Shown here: positions 17,950-28,047 of the stretch, one piece after another
Layout: each line of letters begins with the position of its first letter
How positions within the stretch are numbered: position 1 is the first letter of the stretch
Assembly: GCA_938084645.1 (NCBI GenBank)
Contig: CALKEP010000075.1
Coordinates: forward strand, 1 to 37,633
Source: an uncultured Phycisphaerales bacterium
Lineage (GTDB): Bacteria; Planctomycetota; Phycisphaerae; Phycisphaerales; SM1A02
DNA length: 37,633 nucleotides
Direction of reading: 5' to 3'
Notes under the pieces: model-generated
The model's database searches: none
What the model saw: only the letters and a program-made list of their open reading frames with translations
What the model was told of the DNA's origin: nothing
Program-made: the position numbers and the translations under genes

Positions 17950-18003
17950 CGGTTCATCCGGTATTTCGACGGGCGGAGAGGGTTCGAAGCCGGCGGGGGC
18001 CGG

Positions 18004-18627
18004 TCACGGAAGCGATCGTAGCACCGCCCGCAGGGGACTGCCGTCGAAGCCCACCAGCTTCAGGGGCGGTGCAATCAACTCGTAGCGACCGTCCTCGACG
18101 CCGTCGAGGGCGAGGCCTTCGACGATCGCCATGTCATTGGCGAGGAAGCGTCGATGCGCGGTGATTCCGGCGTCGTCGAAGAGGTCGACGCTGGGGGCGT
18201 CGGTGCCGACCAGCCGGACACCGAGGTCGTGCAGGTGATCGACGAGGTCGGGATCGAGGCCGCTGAAGTCCTGGTTGAACGTGCGGAAACCGTCGAAGGT
18301 CCCGGTCGCGAGCAGGACGCGTTCCTCGGTGGGGGTCCGCGGCAGGTCTTCGATCCGAATCCGCTCGCCGCGTCGGCCGGGGACCTGCATGACGTCACAG
18401 GGGCCGATGTAGAGGTCGAGCGGCTGTTCGTCGATCGCCCGGGCCCCGTCGCCGTAGTGGCAGGGACCGTCGGCGTGCGCGCCGAGGTGCACGCTCGCGT
18501 GGAGCGTGGAGAGATTGACGGAGGCGCCGTCGCGGATCCTCCAGAGGAACTCCTGGGTCGGCGGGGTGTCACCGGGCCAGACCTTCGAGATACCGGCTTC
18601 GATCGCGGGGGTGATGTCGATGAGCAT
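18004..18627 (-). CDS. kynB: Kynurenine formamidase (cyclase family)
   Basis: MLIDITP, VWPGDTP, HLGAHADGPCH metal motif, LVGTDAPSVD, IVEGL, DGSPLRAVL; true start ATG 18627 within the long ORF. Confidence 0.9.
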   Translation of the reverse strand: MLIDITPAIEAGISKVWPGDTPPTQEFLWRIRDGASVNLSTLHASVHLGAHADGPCHYGDGARAIDEQPLDLYIGPCDVMQVPGRRGERIRIEDLPRTPTEERVLLATGTFDGFRTFNQDFSGLDPDLVDHLHDLGVRLVGTDAPSVDLFDDAGITAHRRFLANDMAIVEGLALDGVEDGRYELIAPPLKLVGFDGSPLRAVLRSLP

Positions 18628-18647
18628 CGAGGTCTCCGGGGAACGGT

Positions 18648-20015
18648 TCAGGAACCGGACAGGGTGGTCATGGTGAAGGCGAGGGCGAGCATGATCACGA
18701 GTGCCGGGACACCGATGGCCGCGATCATTCGCAGGGTGTTCGCCTGCCGCCGACTCTTCGCGAGGGCGGTCGCGTAGGGGATCCGAGTGAAGCTCACCAT
18801 GTCGTACAACGGGGTCCACCAGAACGGAACCACCGCACCGAGGAACTGGCTGCCCTTCTTCGCGAGTCGCTGGGTGCGGCTGCCGGCCCGGTCCCGCATG
18901 TCGATGAACTGATCGAGGGCGAGGTCCGCGATCGCGTTCGCATTGTCGATCCGACTCGCCTCGTAGGCGCAGATCGCGGAATCGAGATCCTGGTTCGACG
19001 CCAGTGCCGCGACCAGTCCCTCCACGTCCTCGAACGAGGCGTTCGCGCCCTGCCCGTAGAACGGGACGATCGCGTGCGCCGCGTCCCCCAGCAACACGGC
19101 GCGGCCGCGGTGCCACGGCCGACACCGGATGGTGACCAGGGGGCTGGTGGGATTCGTCCGCCAGTCCTCGAGCAGCGTCGGCATGTGCGGAACCGCGTCG
19201 CCGTAGTGTCGTTCGAAGAAACGGACCACCTCGGCATCGTCGGCGCCGTCGAGGGTCGCGAAGGAATGATCGCCCTCGAACGGCCAGAAGAGGGTGCAGG
19301 TGAACGACCCGTCGATGTTGGGAAGCGCGATCATCATCGAGCCGCCGTGCGGCCAGACGTGAAGGGCGTTGGGGTCGACGCGGAACCGTCCGTGCGGGCC
19401 GGTGTCGTCGTCCGCGGGGGGAATCGTGAGTTCCTTGTACCCGGCGGCGAGGTAGTCCTGGGAGAAGTCGAAGCGGCTGGTCCGCTGCATCGCCGCCCGG
19501 ACCGCGCTGAAGGCGCCGTCGGTGCCGACCACGAGATCCGCCTCGACCCGTTCCCGACGACCGTCGGGGTGTTCGAAGATCGCGGCGGGGCGGTCGTGAT
19601 CCGAGAAGTCGGCGTCCACGCACCGCGCCTCGAACACGACCTCGACGCCCGGCGTCGCGGCGGCGGCCTCGACCAGCAGTCGATTGAGCCCGCTCCGGCT
19701 CACGGAGTTGATCGCCCGCTCGGGATCCCGGCTGTACGACGAGAAGATCTCCCGGCCCTGCACGTGAACCATCCGGCCCGGCATGCGGATCGCCTCGGCG
19801 AGCACCGCCTCCTCGACGCCGGCGGCCCGAAGCGCATGCAGTCCGCGGACGCTGATCGCGAGGTTGATCGAACGTCCGCTCTCCGCGTCGGCACGACGCG
19901 GGTCGAGACGGCGCTCGAACAACCGGACCCGATGTCCGGCCTTGCCGAGTTCCGCGGCGAGCATCGCGCCGGCGAGTCCGGCTCCGGCGATCACGATGTC
20001 GTGGGCGTGGGGCAT
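18648..20015 (-). CDS. kmo: Kynurenine 3-monooxygenase
   Basis: GAGLAG, GRSINLAISVRG, DGAFSAVR, YKELTIP, NALHVWP, ALPNIDGSFTCTLF, LGDAAHAIVPFYGQG. Confidence 0.93.
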   Translation of the reverse strand: MPHAHDIVIAGAGLAGAMLAAELGKAGHRVRLFERRLDPRRADAESGRSINLAISVRGLHALRAAGVEEAVLAEAIRMPGRMVHVQGREIFSSYSRDPERAINSVSRSGLNRLLVEAAAATPGVEVVFEARCVDADFSDHDRPAAIFEHPDGRRERVEADLVVGTDGAFSAVRAAMQRTSRFDFSQDYLAAGYKELTIPPADDDTGPHGRFRVDPNALHVWPHGGSMMIALPNIDGSFTCTLFWPFEGDHSFATLDGADDAEVVRFFERHYGDAVPHMPTLLEDWRTNPTSPLVTIRCRPWHRGRAVLLGDAAHAIVPFYGQGANASFEDVEGLVAALASNQDLDSAICAYEASRIDNANAIADLALDQFIDMRDRAGSRTQRLAKKGSQFLGAVVPFWWTPLYDMVSFTRIPYATALAKSRRQANTLRMIAAIGVPALVIMLALAFTMTTLSGS

Positions 20016-20022
20016 GCTTGAA

Positions 20023-21342
20023 TCAGAGCGAACGAAGGACCTCGGCGACCCGAAGGCAGTCGGCGAAGGTGTTGTAGAGCGGGACGGGTGCGAGTCGGAT
20101 GACGTCGGGTGGTCGGAAGTCCGCGATGATCCCGTGCGGCGCGAGGGCGTCGAATCGTTCGCGGGCGCGATCGGCGATGCGGACCGACAACTGGCATCCG
20201 CGTTCCTCCGCGTTGCCGGGCGTGACGACGACGCTTCCCTCGGGGAGCATCTCGCGGAGACAGGCGTGCAGGAAGCCGGTGAGCACGCGACTCTTCGCGC
20301 GGAGCGCCGGCATGCCCGCCTCCTGGAAGAGGTCGAGCGACGCGATCAGCGGGGCCATCGCGAGGATCGGCGGGTTGCTGAGCTGCCACGCCTCCGCGGT
20401 CGGCACCGGGACGAAGGTGTCTTCGAGGTGCATCCGGAATCGCGTGTCGGGGTCGTTGCCCCACCAGCCCGCGAACCGCGGGATGTCGGGATTCGTCGCG
20501 TGTCGCTCATGGATGAATGCGCCGGCGACCGCACCGGGCCCGCCGTTGAGATACTTGTACGTGCACCACGCCGCGAAGTCGACGTTCCAGTCGTGCAGCG
20601 CGAGCGGGACGTTGCCGGCCGCATGGGCGAGATCGAAGCCCGCCATCGCGCCGACCGCATGGGCGGCGTCGGTGATCGCGGAGAGGTCGAGGAACTGGCC
20701 GGTCCGGAAGTTCACCCCGCCGAGCATGACGGTCGCGAGCCGCTCGCCGAGTCGATCGATCGTGTCGAGGATGTCCTCGATCCGGAGGAGATCCTCCCCG
20801 GGACGGGTGGGGATCCGGACCACGTCGTGTTCGGGGTCGCCACCTCGCGCCGCGACGTGCGAATGCACCGCGTAGGTGTCGCTGGGAAAGGCGCCGTCCT
20901 CCATGAGGATGACCCGACGATCGCCTTCGGGGCGGTGGAACGACATCAGCAGCAGATGCAGGTTCGCGGTCAGCGAATTCATCGCGACCACTTCGCCCGG
21001 GAGGGCCCCGACGACGTGCGCGAAGCCCGCCCGGAGGTTCTCGTGGTACGGATACCACGGTCGGGTCGCCTCGAAGTGGCCTTCCACGCCGAGCCCGGCC
21101 CAGTCATCGAGCTCCTGTTCCACGATGGCCCGGGCCTCGACCGGTTGCAGCCCGAGCGAATTCCCGACGAAGTAGCCGGCGTCCGAACCATCGGGTCCCT
21201 TGGGCATGTGAAATCGGGCACGGAAGTGCGACAGCGAGTCGATCTCGTCGAGTCGGGCGGCCCCCGCCGCGGTCGGATCGAGATCCGCGGCGGCGATGCC
21301 CTCGAACGGCGAGGCCACGGGCGTTTCGTTCGCATCGCTCAC
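20023..21342 (-). CDS. kynU: Kynureninase
   Basis: [47 protein letters not shown] (PLP Lys), [21 protein letters not shown] start 21342 overlaps the ACMSD stop. Confidence 0.94.
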   Translation of the reverse strand: MSDANETPVASPFEGIAAADLDPTAAGAARLDEIDSLSHFRARFHMPKGPDGSDAGYFVGNSLGLQPVEARAIVEQELDDWAGLGVEGHFEATRPWYPYHENLRAGFAHVVGALPGEVVAMNSLTANLHLLLMSFHRPEGDRRVILMEDGAFPSDTYAVHSHVAARGGDPEHDVVRIPTRPGEDLLRIEDILDTIDRLGERLATVMLGGVNFRTGQFLDLSAITDAAHAVGAMAGFDLAHAAGNVPLALHDWNVDFAAWCTYKYLNGGPGAVAGAFIHERHATNPDIPRFAGWWGNDPDTRFRMHLEDTFVPVPTAEAWQLSNPPILAMAPLIASLDLFQEAGMPALRAKSRVLTGFLHACLREMLPEGSVVVTPGNAEERGCQLSVRIADRARERFDALAPHGIIADFRPPDVIRLAPVPLYNTFADCLRVAEVLRSL

Positions 21343-22364
21343 GAAGCGTCTCCTTCGGGCACCGGCAGTCCGAGGAACTCGAGGGCGGTTCCGCCGAGGA
21401 GTCGGTCGCGGGTCGTCGCGTCGAAGTCGTCGATCGAGCGGATCAGTTCGCCCGGCACGTGTTCCCCGAGCGGGAACGGGTAGTCGCTGCCGAGGGCCAC
21501 CCGCTCGGCGCCGACCCGGTCGACCAGGAACCGGAGGGCGTCCGCGTCGTGGACCAGCGAGTCGTAGACGAAGCGATCGAGCAGGTCCGCCGGAGCGGTC
21601 GCGCTGTCGACGGCGCAGAGGTCGGGCCGGACCGCGTGACCGTGACCGATGCGTCCGATCGTGAACGGGAACGCGCCGCCGCCGTGGGCGAGTCCGATCC
21701 GGAGATCGGGAAGACGGTCGAGGACGCCGCCCATCGCGAGGCAGCACGCGGCGCGAGCGGTCTCCGCGGGCATCCCCACCAGCCAGGGCAGCCAGTACTT
21801 GGGCATCTCGGCGGTGCCCATCATCTCCCACGGATGGACGAACACCGCGGCCCCGAGTCGGGCGGCGGTCTCGAAGATCGGGAAGAGCGCCGGCTCGTCG
21901 AGGTTCCACCGTTCGACGTGGGAACCGATCTGGACACCGCGAAGACCGAGTTCGGTGACGCATCGCTCGAGTTCGGCGCAGGCGAGATCGGGGGCCTGCA
22001 TCGGAATCGTGCCGAGCCCTTCGAACCGACCCGGATGGTCGCGGACGACGCCGGCGAGGTGGTCGTTGAGCATCCGCGAGACCTCGAGGGCATCCGCGGG
22101 CTTCGCCCAGTAACTGAACATCACCGGCACGGTCGAGAGGACCTGGACGTCGACGCCGTGTTCGTCGCAGTCGGCGATCCGGCGGGCCGGCGACCAGCAG
22201 CGATCGTCGATCTCCCGGAAGCCCTTGCCGTCGATCATCATCTTCGCCCGGCAGGGGGCGCAGTGATCGAGGGAGATCCAGCCGCCGTAACCGAACTTCT
22301 CGGCGAGATCCGGCCACCGCTCGGGAAGCAGGTGGGTGTGAAGATCGACGGTGGTGCCGCACAT
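21339..22364 (-). CDS. 2-amino-3-carboxymuconate-6-semialdehyde decarboxylase (ACMSD, amidohydrolase family)
   Basis: [61 protein letters not shown]. Confidence 0.92.
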   Translation of the reverse strand: MCGTTVDLHTHLLPERWPDLAEKFGYGGWISLDHCAPCRAKMMIDGKGFREIDDRCWSPARRIADCDEHGVDVQVLSTVPVMFSYWAKPADALEVSRMLNDHLAGVVRDHPGRFEGLGTIPMQAPDLACAELERCVTELGLRGVQIGSHVERWNLDEPALFPIFETAARLGAAVFVHPWEMMGTAEMPKYWLPWLVGMPAETARAACCLAMGGVLDRLPDLRIGLAHGGGAFPFTIGRIGHGHAVRPDLCAVDSATAPADLLDRFVYDSLVHDADALRFLVDRVGAERVALGSDYPFPLGEHVPGELIRSIDDFDATTRDRLLGGTALEFLGLPVPEGDAS

Positions 22365-22372
22365 GGACCGGA

Positions 22373-22378
22373 ATCGTA
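22373..22378 (-). promoter_or_regulatory. Putative -10 element (TACGAT) of a leaderless ACMSD-kynU-kmo-kynB transcript
   Basis: TANNNT hexamer 8 nt upstream of ATG 22364; no Shine-Dalgarno. Confidence 0.45.
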
Positions 22379-22397
22379 CCCCGAGGGGGTGCCCGGG

Positions 22398-23906
22398 TCA
22401 GTCGCGGCCGAGAATGAGGGAGGCGAGTTCCCGTCCCAGATCGCCTTCGACGACGATCCCCGCCTCGTCGACGGGGGCGAGGATCCGCTGGAGACGGAGC
22501 ACGTCCTCTCCGCCTTCCGGCGTTCGGCGGAATCTCGGTCCGATTCCAGCGAGCCGGCAACCGTCGTCGAGAAGCCGGGTCGCGAGGCGGCCGCACCCGG
22601 GGTCATCGATCGGCAGGTCGATGAAGACCACGGCCGCGTGCGCGGCGTTCTCCATCACCAGCAGGGCGGACCGGACGGCGTCGATCGAGGCGGTGCCGAT
22701 GCGATCGACTTCGATGCGGCCCACCGCGCGAGCGGCGTCGAATCGGACATGCAGCGCGCCGGCGTCGGGTGCACCGTCCTCGCCGTCGGTCTCGATCGTG
22801 GCCGATCGCCCCCGGGCGTCGTAGAGCTTCGCGATCAGATCGCCGGTCGCCGCCGGGACGAAGGCGGTGATCGGCGTCTCTTCGCGCAACGGGTGCCAGT
22901 AGAGGAAGCAGGAGTGCCGCGACTGCTCGTCGCCGCCGTCGCTTCCGCCGACGCCGCCGCGAAGCGAGGTCTCGGCGGGGGTGGTGCCGAGGCAGAGCGC
23001 CGAGGCGGTCGAACCGAATCCCAGGTTCATCTTCTGGCTGAAGGGGTGCCTCGCGGTCGGCTGGCTCCAGATGCCGAGGAGTCCGAGGGCGTCGCCCGCC
23101 GCCTCGACCGCGGCCCGCATCGGTCGCATCAGCCCGTGCCCGCGGTGGGCATGATCGATCACCGCCTGGCCGGCTTCGCCGATCGGCCCGAGATCCGGCC
23201 GTTCGAGGGCGTAGTGCCCGACGAAGTCGCCGCCGTCGGTCTCGCAGATGATCGACTTGATCCGGCCGCCGGCGTTGAGGGCGTCGACGCGGTCCGGATA
23301 GTAGAGGTCGGGATTCGGGTAGGAGTGGCCGTACGACTCGTAGATCCGCCGCGCGACTTCCAGTCCGTCGCCGGACCGATAGTCGCGGATGCGATACGCC
23401 GCCGTCGATTCCGAGGGGGTCGTCTCCGCGTGATCCGCTTCCGCCGCATCCCGATCGAGTCTGGCCTCCGCGGCCTCGAGCACGTGAATCGCCGCGTGGT
23501 CGCGGTGGGCTCGCAGGTGGAGTTCGGAGCCCTCGGGTCCTCGTTGCACCCACCAGAGCCGGTCGAACACCCGGGCGGGACGGATCTTCTCGGGAATGGC
23601 GTGCCCGGGGGCGTCAAGATCGTCGTCGCCGAGCGGGACGCCCTTCTCGAGGATCGCGAATTCGATCGCCGCGGCGTCGATCGTGACCCCGATCGACAGA
23701 TCGACATGGTCCTCGCCGCCCTCCCTGACCTCGCGTTCGACCAGATTGACGGCGGAGATCAATGCTTCGAGGAGGGCGTCATGGCGCGACCCCTCGACGT
23801 CGGCCAGCGAGATCGCCCCAGACGCGAATTCCCGCAGCATCGGCTCCATCTCGGGAAGGCCGGGGATCTCGAGGCGGAAGTGGAGATGATCGCTGGGTTC
23901 GGGCAT
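22398..23906 (-). CDS. Anti-sigma/HATPase-like N-terminal domain fused to GNAT-fold domain(s)
   Basis: N-terminal EALISAVNLVE...ILEKGVP...FDRLWW...GSEL (RsbW-like fold, degenerate); then IYESYGHSY, VGHYAL, AVIDHAHRGHGLM (GNAT motif A), HPFSQK. ATG 23906 chosen. Confidence 0.7.
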   Translation of the reverse strand: MPEPSDHLHFRLEIPGLPEMEPMLREFASGAISLADVEGSRHDALLEALISAVNLVEREVREGGEDHVDLSIGVTIDAAAIEFAILEKGVPLGDDDLDAPGHAIPEKIRPARVFDRLWWVQRGPEGSELHLRAHRDHAAIHVLEAAEARLDRDAAEADHAETTPSESTAAYRIRDYRSGDGLEVARRIYESYGHSYPNPDLYYPDRVDALNAGGRIKSIICETDGGDFVGHYALERPDLGPIGEAGQAVIDHAHRGHGLMRPMRAAVEAAGDALGLLGIWSQPTARHPFSQKMNLGFGSTASALCLGTTPAETSLRGGVGGSDGGDEQSRHSCFLYWHPLREETPITAFVPAATGDLIAKLYDARGRSATIETDGEDGAPDAGALHVRFDAARAVGRIEVDRIGTASIDAVRSALLVMENAAHAAVVFIDLPIDDPGCGRLATRLLDDGCRLAGIGPRFRRTPEGGEDVLRLQRILAPVDEAGIVVEGDLGRELASLILGRD

Positions 23907-24043
23907 GAGTCGGTTCGGAAGGCAGCTTCGACGGGGGCGACAGGGAAGCGGACAGACTAGCGAATCGGAAGGGCCCGCTTCCACGAAACCCGCCTGCCTT
24001 GCAACCGATCGGCGTCGGACCGGTCTAGGATCGTCCCCCCTTC

Positions 24044-26290
24044 ATGAAGCACCACCTCCGACCCATCGACTCGCAGCCCGCCACCCGTCTCGGGTGGTCA
24101 TGCCGCTCGCTTGCGATGATCGCGGCGACCTGTTGCACGTCGGTCTTCGGCGGTCAGGTCGACGATCCCGTGGCGGCGGGGGACGACGAGGCGGCCACGG
24201 TGCTCGCGGGAGAGCTCCCCGCGGCCAGCGACGCGCCCCGGATCTTCGGCGTGGAAGAGGCCCCCGAGATCGACGGAATCCTCGAGGAGATCTGGCAGGA
24301 CGGCACCCTTCTGGAGGACACCTGGCGGCAGGTCAATCCGGACGAGGGCGCGCCGCCGACCCAGCGGACCGAGGTCCGTTTGATGCGCGACGACCGCAAC
24401 CTCTACGTCGGGGTCCGTTGCTACGACGACGAGCCCTCGAAGATCATCGCGCGGGTGATGACCCGGGGCGGCCCGGTCAATCGCGACGACAACATCCTGA
24501 TGGTCCTCGACCCGAAGCGTGATCTCCGCACCGGCTACATCTTCCGGATGAATCCGAACGGGGCCCGAGCCGACGCCCGGCTCGTCAACGGGAGAACGGA
24601 CTACAACTGGGACGGTCAGTGGTACGGTCGCTCGGTGATCGACGAGAAGGGCTGGACCGCGGAGTTCGTGGTGCCGTTCCGGACGATCTCGATCGAGGCC
24701 GACAACCTCGACTGGGGGATCAACTTCGAGCGCGACATCCGCCGCAACAACGAGACGGTGCGGTGGCAGTCCGCCGACCGCGACGTCAGCATCACCTCGG
24801 TCGCCGACGCGGGCGTGGTCGAGATGTTCGGCGACATCGAACAGGGCTCGGGAATCGACGTTCGGCCGTACGGGAAGATCACGGTCTCCGAGGACGACGG
24901 CGCCGACGTCTCCGGGACGGGTGGCGTCGACGTCTTCTGGAAGGTCACGCCCGGACTGACCTTCGTCGGCACCGTCAACCCCGATTTCGCGGAGACCGAG
25001 GTCGACCAGCGGGTCATCAACTTCTCGCGATTCTCGATTCGATTCCCGGAGAAGCGGGACTTCTTTCTCGAGGACGCCGGCTACTTCGACTTCGGCGGCA
25101 TCCGCTCGACCCCGCTTCCGTTCTACTCGCGGCGGATCGGACTGTCGCCCCAGGGCGAGCCCGAGACGATTCTCGGCGGCGTGAAGCTGACCGGGACCAT
25201 CGACGACGTCGCCATCGGCATCCTCGACACCCAGATGAGCGACGACGTCTCGCCCGCGGGTCGGAACTACTTCGCGGGCCGAGCGCTCTTCAACGTGCTC
25301 GAGCAATCCTCGATCGGGGTGATCGCGACGAACGGGAATCCGCTCGGGCCCGAGTCGAACTCCCTGATCGGTGCCGACTTCAATTTCAAGACGACGGACC
25401 TCGAAGGTGGTCGCACCCTCTCCGCGAACGCCTGGTTCCAGCAGACCATCACCCAGGGGCTCGAGAGCGCCGACGCGACGGCGATCGGCGCCCGCGTCGC
25501 CTACCCGAACGACATCCTCAATCTGCGGTTCGGCTGGGCCCGGATCGGTTCCGACTACTTCCCGGCCCTCGGCTTCGTCCAGCGGACGGGCATCCACGAG
25601 TTCTTCGGCGGGGGCCGATACCGCTGGCGACCCGAGTCGGAGTCGGTCCGGAACGTCGATGTCGGCGTCGGCGGATTCCTGGTCACCGATCTCGATTTCG
25701 CGACGGAGAGCATGGACCTCGAGTTCGACATCCCGAGGATCCAGTTCGAGCGAGGCGACACCGTCTACCTCGAGTACGGAATCCAGCAGGAGGTTCCCAC
25801 GCAGGACTTCCTCGCCGCAGGGCAGTTGCTCATCCCGGCCGGTGACTACACGTGGAACCGGATCGAAGCGGGGTTCGAGACGACCTCGAAGGAGCCCGTC
25901 GAGATCGGGGGTTCCGCGGGTTGGAGCGGGTACTACGGAGGATCGAGGACCACCGTCTCCGGCGACTTCCGGTGGCAACCGCTGCCGAGCTTCCTCTTCA
26001 CGGCCCGGGCCCAGTGGAACGAGATCGCGCTTGATACCGGACGTCTCGACACCTGGCTGGTGTCGAGTCGGGTCAACTTCTACTTCAGTCCCGACGTCTC
26101 CTGGGAGAATCTCGTCCAGTACGACACGCAGTCCGGCACGGTCGGCTTGAACAGTCGATTTCGATGGTCGGCGCGGGACGGTCAGGAGATCTTCCTCGTG
26201 TTCAACCAGAACGTCGAGGCGGATGATCTCGACTTCACGATCGACACCACGGAATTCGTGGCGAAGATTGGCTGGACCTTCTCGTTCTGA
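24044..26290 (+). CDS. DUF5916-like outer-membrane protein with N-terminal carbohydrate-binding family 9-like domain
   Basis: PEIDGILEE.W, NLYVGVRCYD, GWTAEFVVPF, WGINFER, TVNPDFAETEVD, FPEKRDFFLE, FYSRRIG; C-terminal WTFSF beta-signal. Confidence 0.85.
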   Translation: MKHHLRPIDSQPATRLGWSCRSLAMIAATCCTSVFGGQVDDPVAAGDDEAATVLAGELPAASDAPRIFGVEEAPEIDGILEEIWQDGTLLEDTWRQVNPDEGAPPTQRTEVRLMRDDRNLYVGVRCYDDEPSKIIARVMTRGGPVNRDDNILMVLDPKRDLRTGYIFRMNPNGARADARLVNGRTDYNWDGQWYGRSVIDEKGWTAEFVVPFRTISIEADNLDWGINFERDIRRNNETVRWQSADRDVSITSVADAGVVEMFGDIEQGSGIDVRPYGKITVSEDDGADVSGTGGVDVFWKVTPGLTFVGTVNPDFAETEVDQRVINFSRFSIRFPEKRDFFLEDAGYFDFGGIRSTPLPFYSRRIGLSPQGEPETILGGVKLTGTIDDVAIGILDTQMSDDVSPAGRNYFAGRALFNVLEQSSIGVIATNGNPLGPESNSLIGADFNFKTTDLEGGRTLSANAWFQQTITQGLESADATAIGARVAYPNDILNLRFGWARIGSDYFPALGFVQRTGIHEFFGGGRYRWRPESESVRNVDVGVGGFLVTDLDFATESMDLEFDIPRIQFERGDTVYLEYGIQQEVPTQDFLAAGQLLIPAGDYTWNRIEAGFETTSKEPVEIGGSAGWSGYYGGSRTTVSGDFRWQPLPSFLFTARAQWNEIALDTGRLDTWLVSSRVNFYFSPDVSWENLVQYDTQSGTVGLNSRFRWSARDGQEIFLVFNQNVEADDLDFTIDTTEFVAKIGWTFSF

Positions 26291-26385
26291 CGATGAAGGA
26301 GGAGGTGGGTCGGGCTCGAGAGAATCCCGTCCTTTGAGCAACTCGATGCAGGGGGACTCGCCGCAAGGCGGGTCCGATATGGCGC

Positions 26386-28047
26386 GTGCCGGAGACGATC
26401 CTGGTGGGATCCTGCGCAGTCCATTTCGAAGCGTTCGTCGCCCGGGTCCGCGCTGCGGTTCGGACGTCGTCGTCGTCGATCCTCTCGATGACGACGCTCT
26501 GGTGGTGCGGGTTCGCACACGCCGGGGTGGCTGGCTCGAACCCCGACGTCCCGGTGCCGGCGATCGATGCCATCCGGCAGGAGACCCTCGGGCCGCGCGA
26601 ACCGTCGATCGCCCTGGATGGTCTGGGGAGCCGAGGATCGATGCTCCTCCATCTCAACCCCGATCTCGAGGCGCTCGATCTGCTGCTTCGTACGGATCAA
26701 CGCGCCGAGACCATGCCGAAGGTGAGCGGATTCGGTCGCGTGAGCGGCGTCGAGGATCCCGCGCGTGGAACGCTCGGGGTCGGTGGCGTGGATCTCGACT
26801 GGCGTCCGAGTCGAACCTTGTCGGTCGCGGTCGTCGCGGGTGGCCGGATCGATCGGAGCCGGGCGTTCGAATCCGAACGGCTGAACGGCGATCCGTCCTC
26901 GTTCCTGGAGTTCGAGGATCGGACCGGGCCGAAGTTCGCGAGTCGAAGCACCGCTTTCGACGGGCTCGCCTTCGGAGGCGAGAGTGCCGCCGACGCGAAT
27001 CCGTTCGCGGCCGATCGTGTCTTCTCGACTCCCACCGAAGCGCGTGGACTCGAACAGAGTTTCTTCGCGACCCGCGCGGTCTTCCGTCCGGCGGACGGAT
27101 CCTCGATCGGCGTGGTCGCGACCCGTGGTGGCGGCACGACCGGTGATTCCTCGCTGTTCGGGTTCGACCTCGATCAGCGGATCGCGGGCCAGCGGGTTCA
27201 GGCGTGGGTCCAGCATGCGGTGGGGGAGGATGTCGACGACGCACGCGATGCCGACCGGAGTGCGATCGGCGCGTCGATCGACGGCGATCTCGGCGGTGTG
27301 AAGTACGGAGTCGCCTGGCGCCGGCTCGGTGAGGACTTCGACTCGGGACTCGGGCGGACCGGTGCCGCCGGCACGCACGCGATCACCGGTCGCATGGGCT
27401 GGTCGCTGCCGATCGAGGGGATGCCGTTCATCAAGAGCTGGGAGTTCGGGGTCCGCACCCGCTTCGACACGGATCTCCAACTCGAATCGCGGCGCATCGA
27501 TCTCTCGATCGACGCGGCGCGATTCCGACTGGCCAGCGGCGACCGGATCAGTTTCGGGATCGATCAGCGGATCCAGACCGCCTCGACGAATCTGGCGGAC
27601 GACTTCACCGATCGTCGCGAGCGGTTCCGAGTCGGAATCGATACCAATCCGGCGCGGCCGTTCCAGTTCGGAGGCAGCATCGTGTTCGGGGATCCCGTCG
27701 GCGTGGTCGATACGTCATGGCGCGGCGGCGCCCGCTGGAAGGCGGCACCGGGACTCGATCTGTCCGGAGAGATCGCCATCGACCGACGCATCGACGGCAT
27801 CGCCGCCGGCGACACGCTTCGGACCGCATTGAACGGGCGAGCTCGGATCGCGTCCGATATGACCATCGCCGCGAGATTCGGCTTCGATGCGGCTCGCGAA
27901 CGGGTGTCGCTGGGTCAGGAGATCGGATTCCGGATCGCTCGAAACGCGAGCCTGAGCATGCGTCTCGACCAGGATCTCGCCTTCCAGAACGCCACCGACG
28001 CACGCCCGGTGCTGCGGGCGAGCCTGCGAGGTTCGTTCGAGTTCTGA
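26386..28047 (+). CDS. Diverged DUF5916-like beta-barrel protein (start uncertain)
   Basis: SFFATRAVFRPADGSSIGVVATRG parallels NYFAGRALFNVLEQSSIGVIATNG upstream; QAWVQH vs NAWFQQ; GEDFDSGLG vs GSDYFPALG; terminal GSFEF. Confidence 0.65.
   Translation: MPETILVGSCAVHFEAFVARVRAAVRTSSSSILSMTTLWWCGFAHAGVAGSNPDVPVPAIDAIRQETLGPREPSIALDGLGSRGSMLLHLNPDLEALDLLLRTDQRAETMPKVSGFGRVSGVEDPARGTLGVGGVDLDWRPSRTLSVAVVAGGRIDRSRAFESERLNGDPSSFLEFEDRTGPKFASRSTAFDGLAFGGESAADANPFAADRVFSTPTEARGLEQSFFATRAVFRPADGSSIGVVATRGGGTTGDSSLFGFDLDQRIAGQRVQAWVQHAVGEDVDDARDADRSAIGASIDGDLGGVKYGVAWRRLGEDFDSGLGRTGAAGTHAITGRMGWSLPIEGMPFIKSWEFGVRTRFDTDLQLESRRIDLSIDAARFRLASGDRISFGIDQRIQTASTNLADDFTDRRERFRVGIDTNPARPFQFGGSIVFGDPVGVVDTSWRGGARWKAAPGLDLSGEIAIDRRIDGIAAGDTLRTALNGRARIASDMTIAARFGFDAARERVSLGQEIGFRIARNASLSMRLDQDLAFQNATDARPVLRASLRGSFEF

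Noticed and set aside
14480..22596. Long N-terminal extensions suggesting fusions (801-aa ALDH, 539-aa KynB, 857-aa KynU)
   Set aside because: The extensions are off-frame read-through of adjacent genes; true starts are at 15410, 18627 and 21342.
23999..24031. Sigma70-like promoter TTGCAA...TAGGAT upstream of the DUF5916 gene
   Set aside because: The spacing is 21 bp, too long; the -10-like hexamer alone is weak evidence.
788..26518. Many long overlapping or antisense ORFs (e.g. 2310-4067, 5007-7064, 7412-9586, 21459-23960, 24098-26518)
   Set aside because: Shadow frames, typical of high-GC DNA, overlapping genes with clear family motifs.
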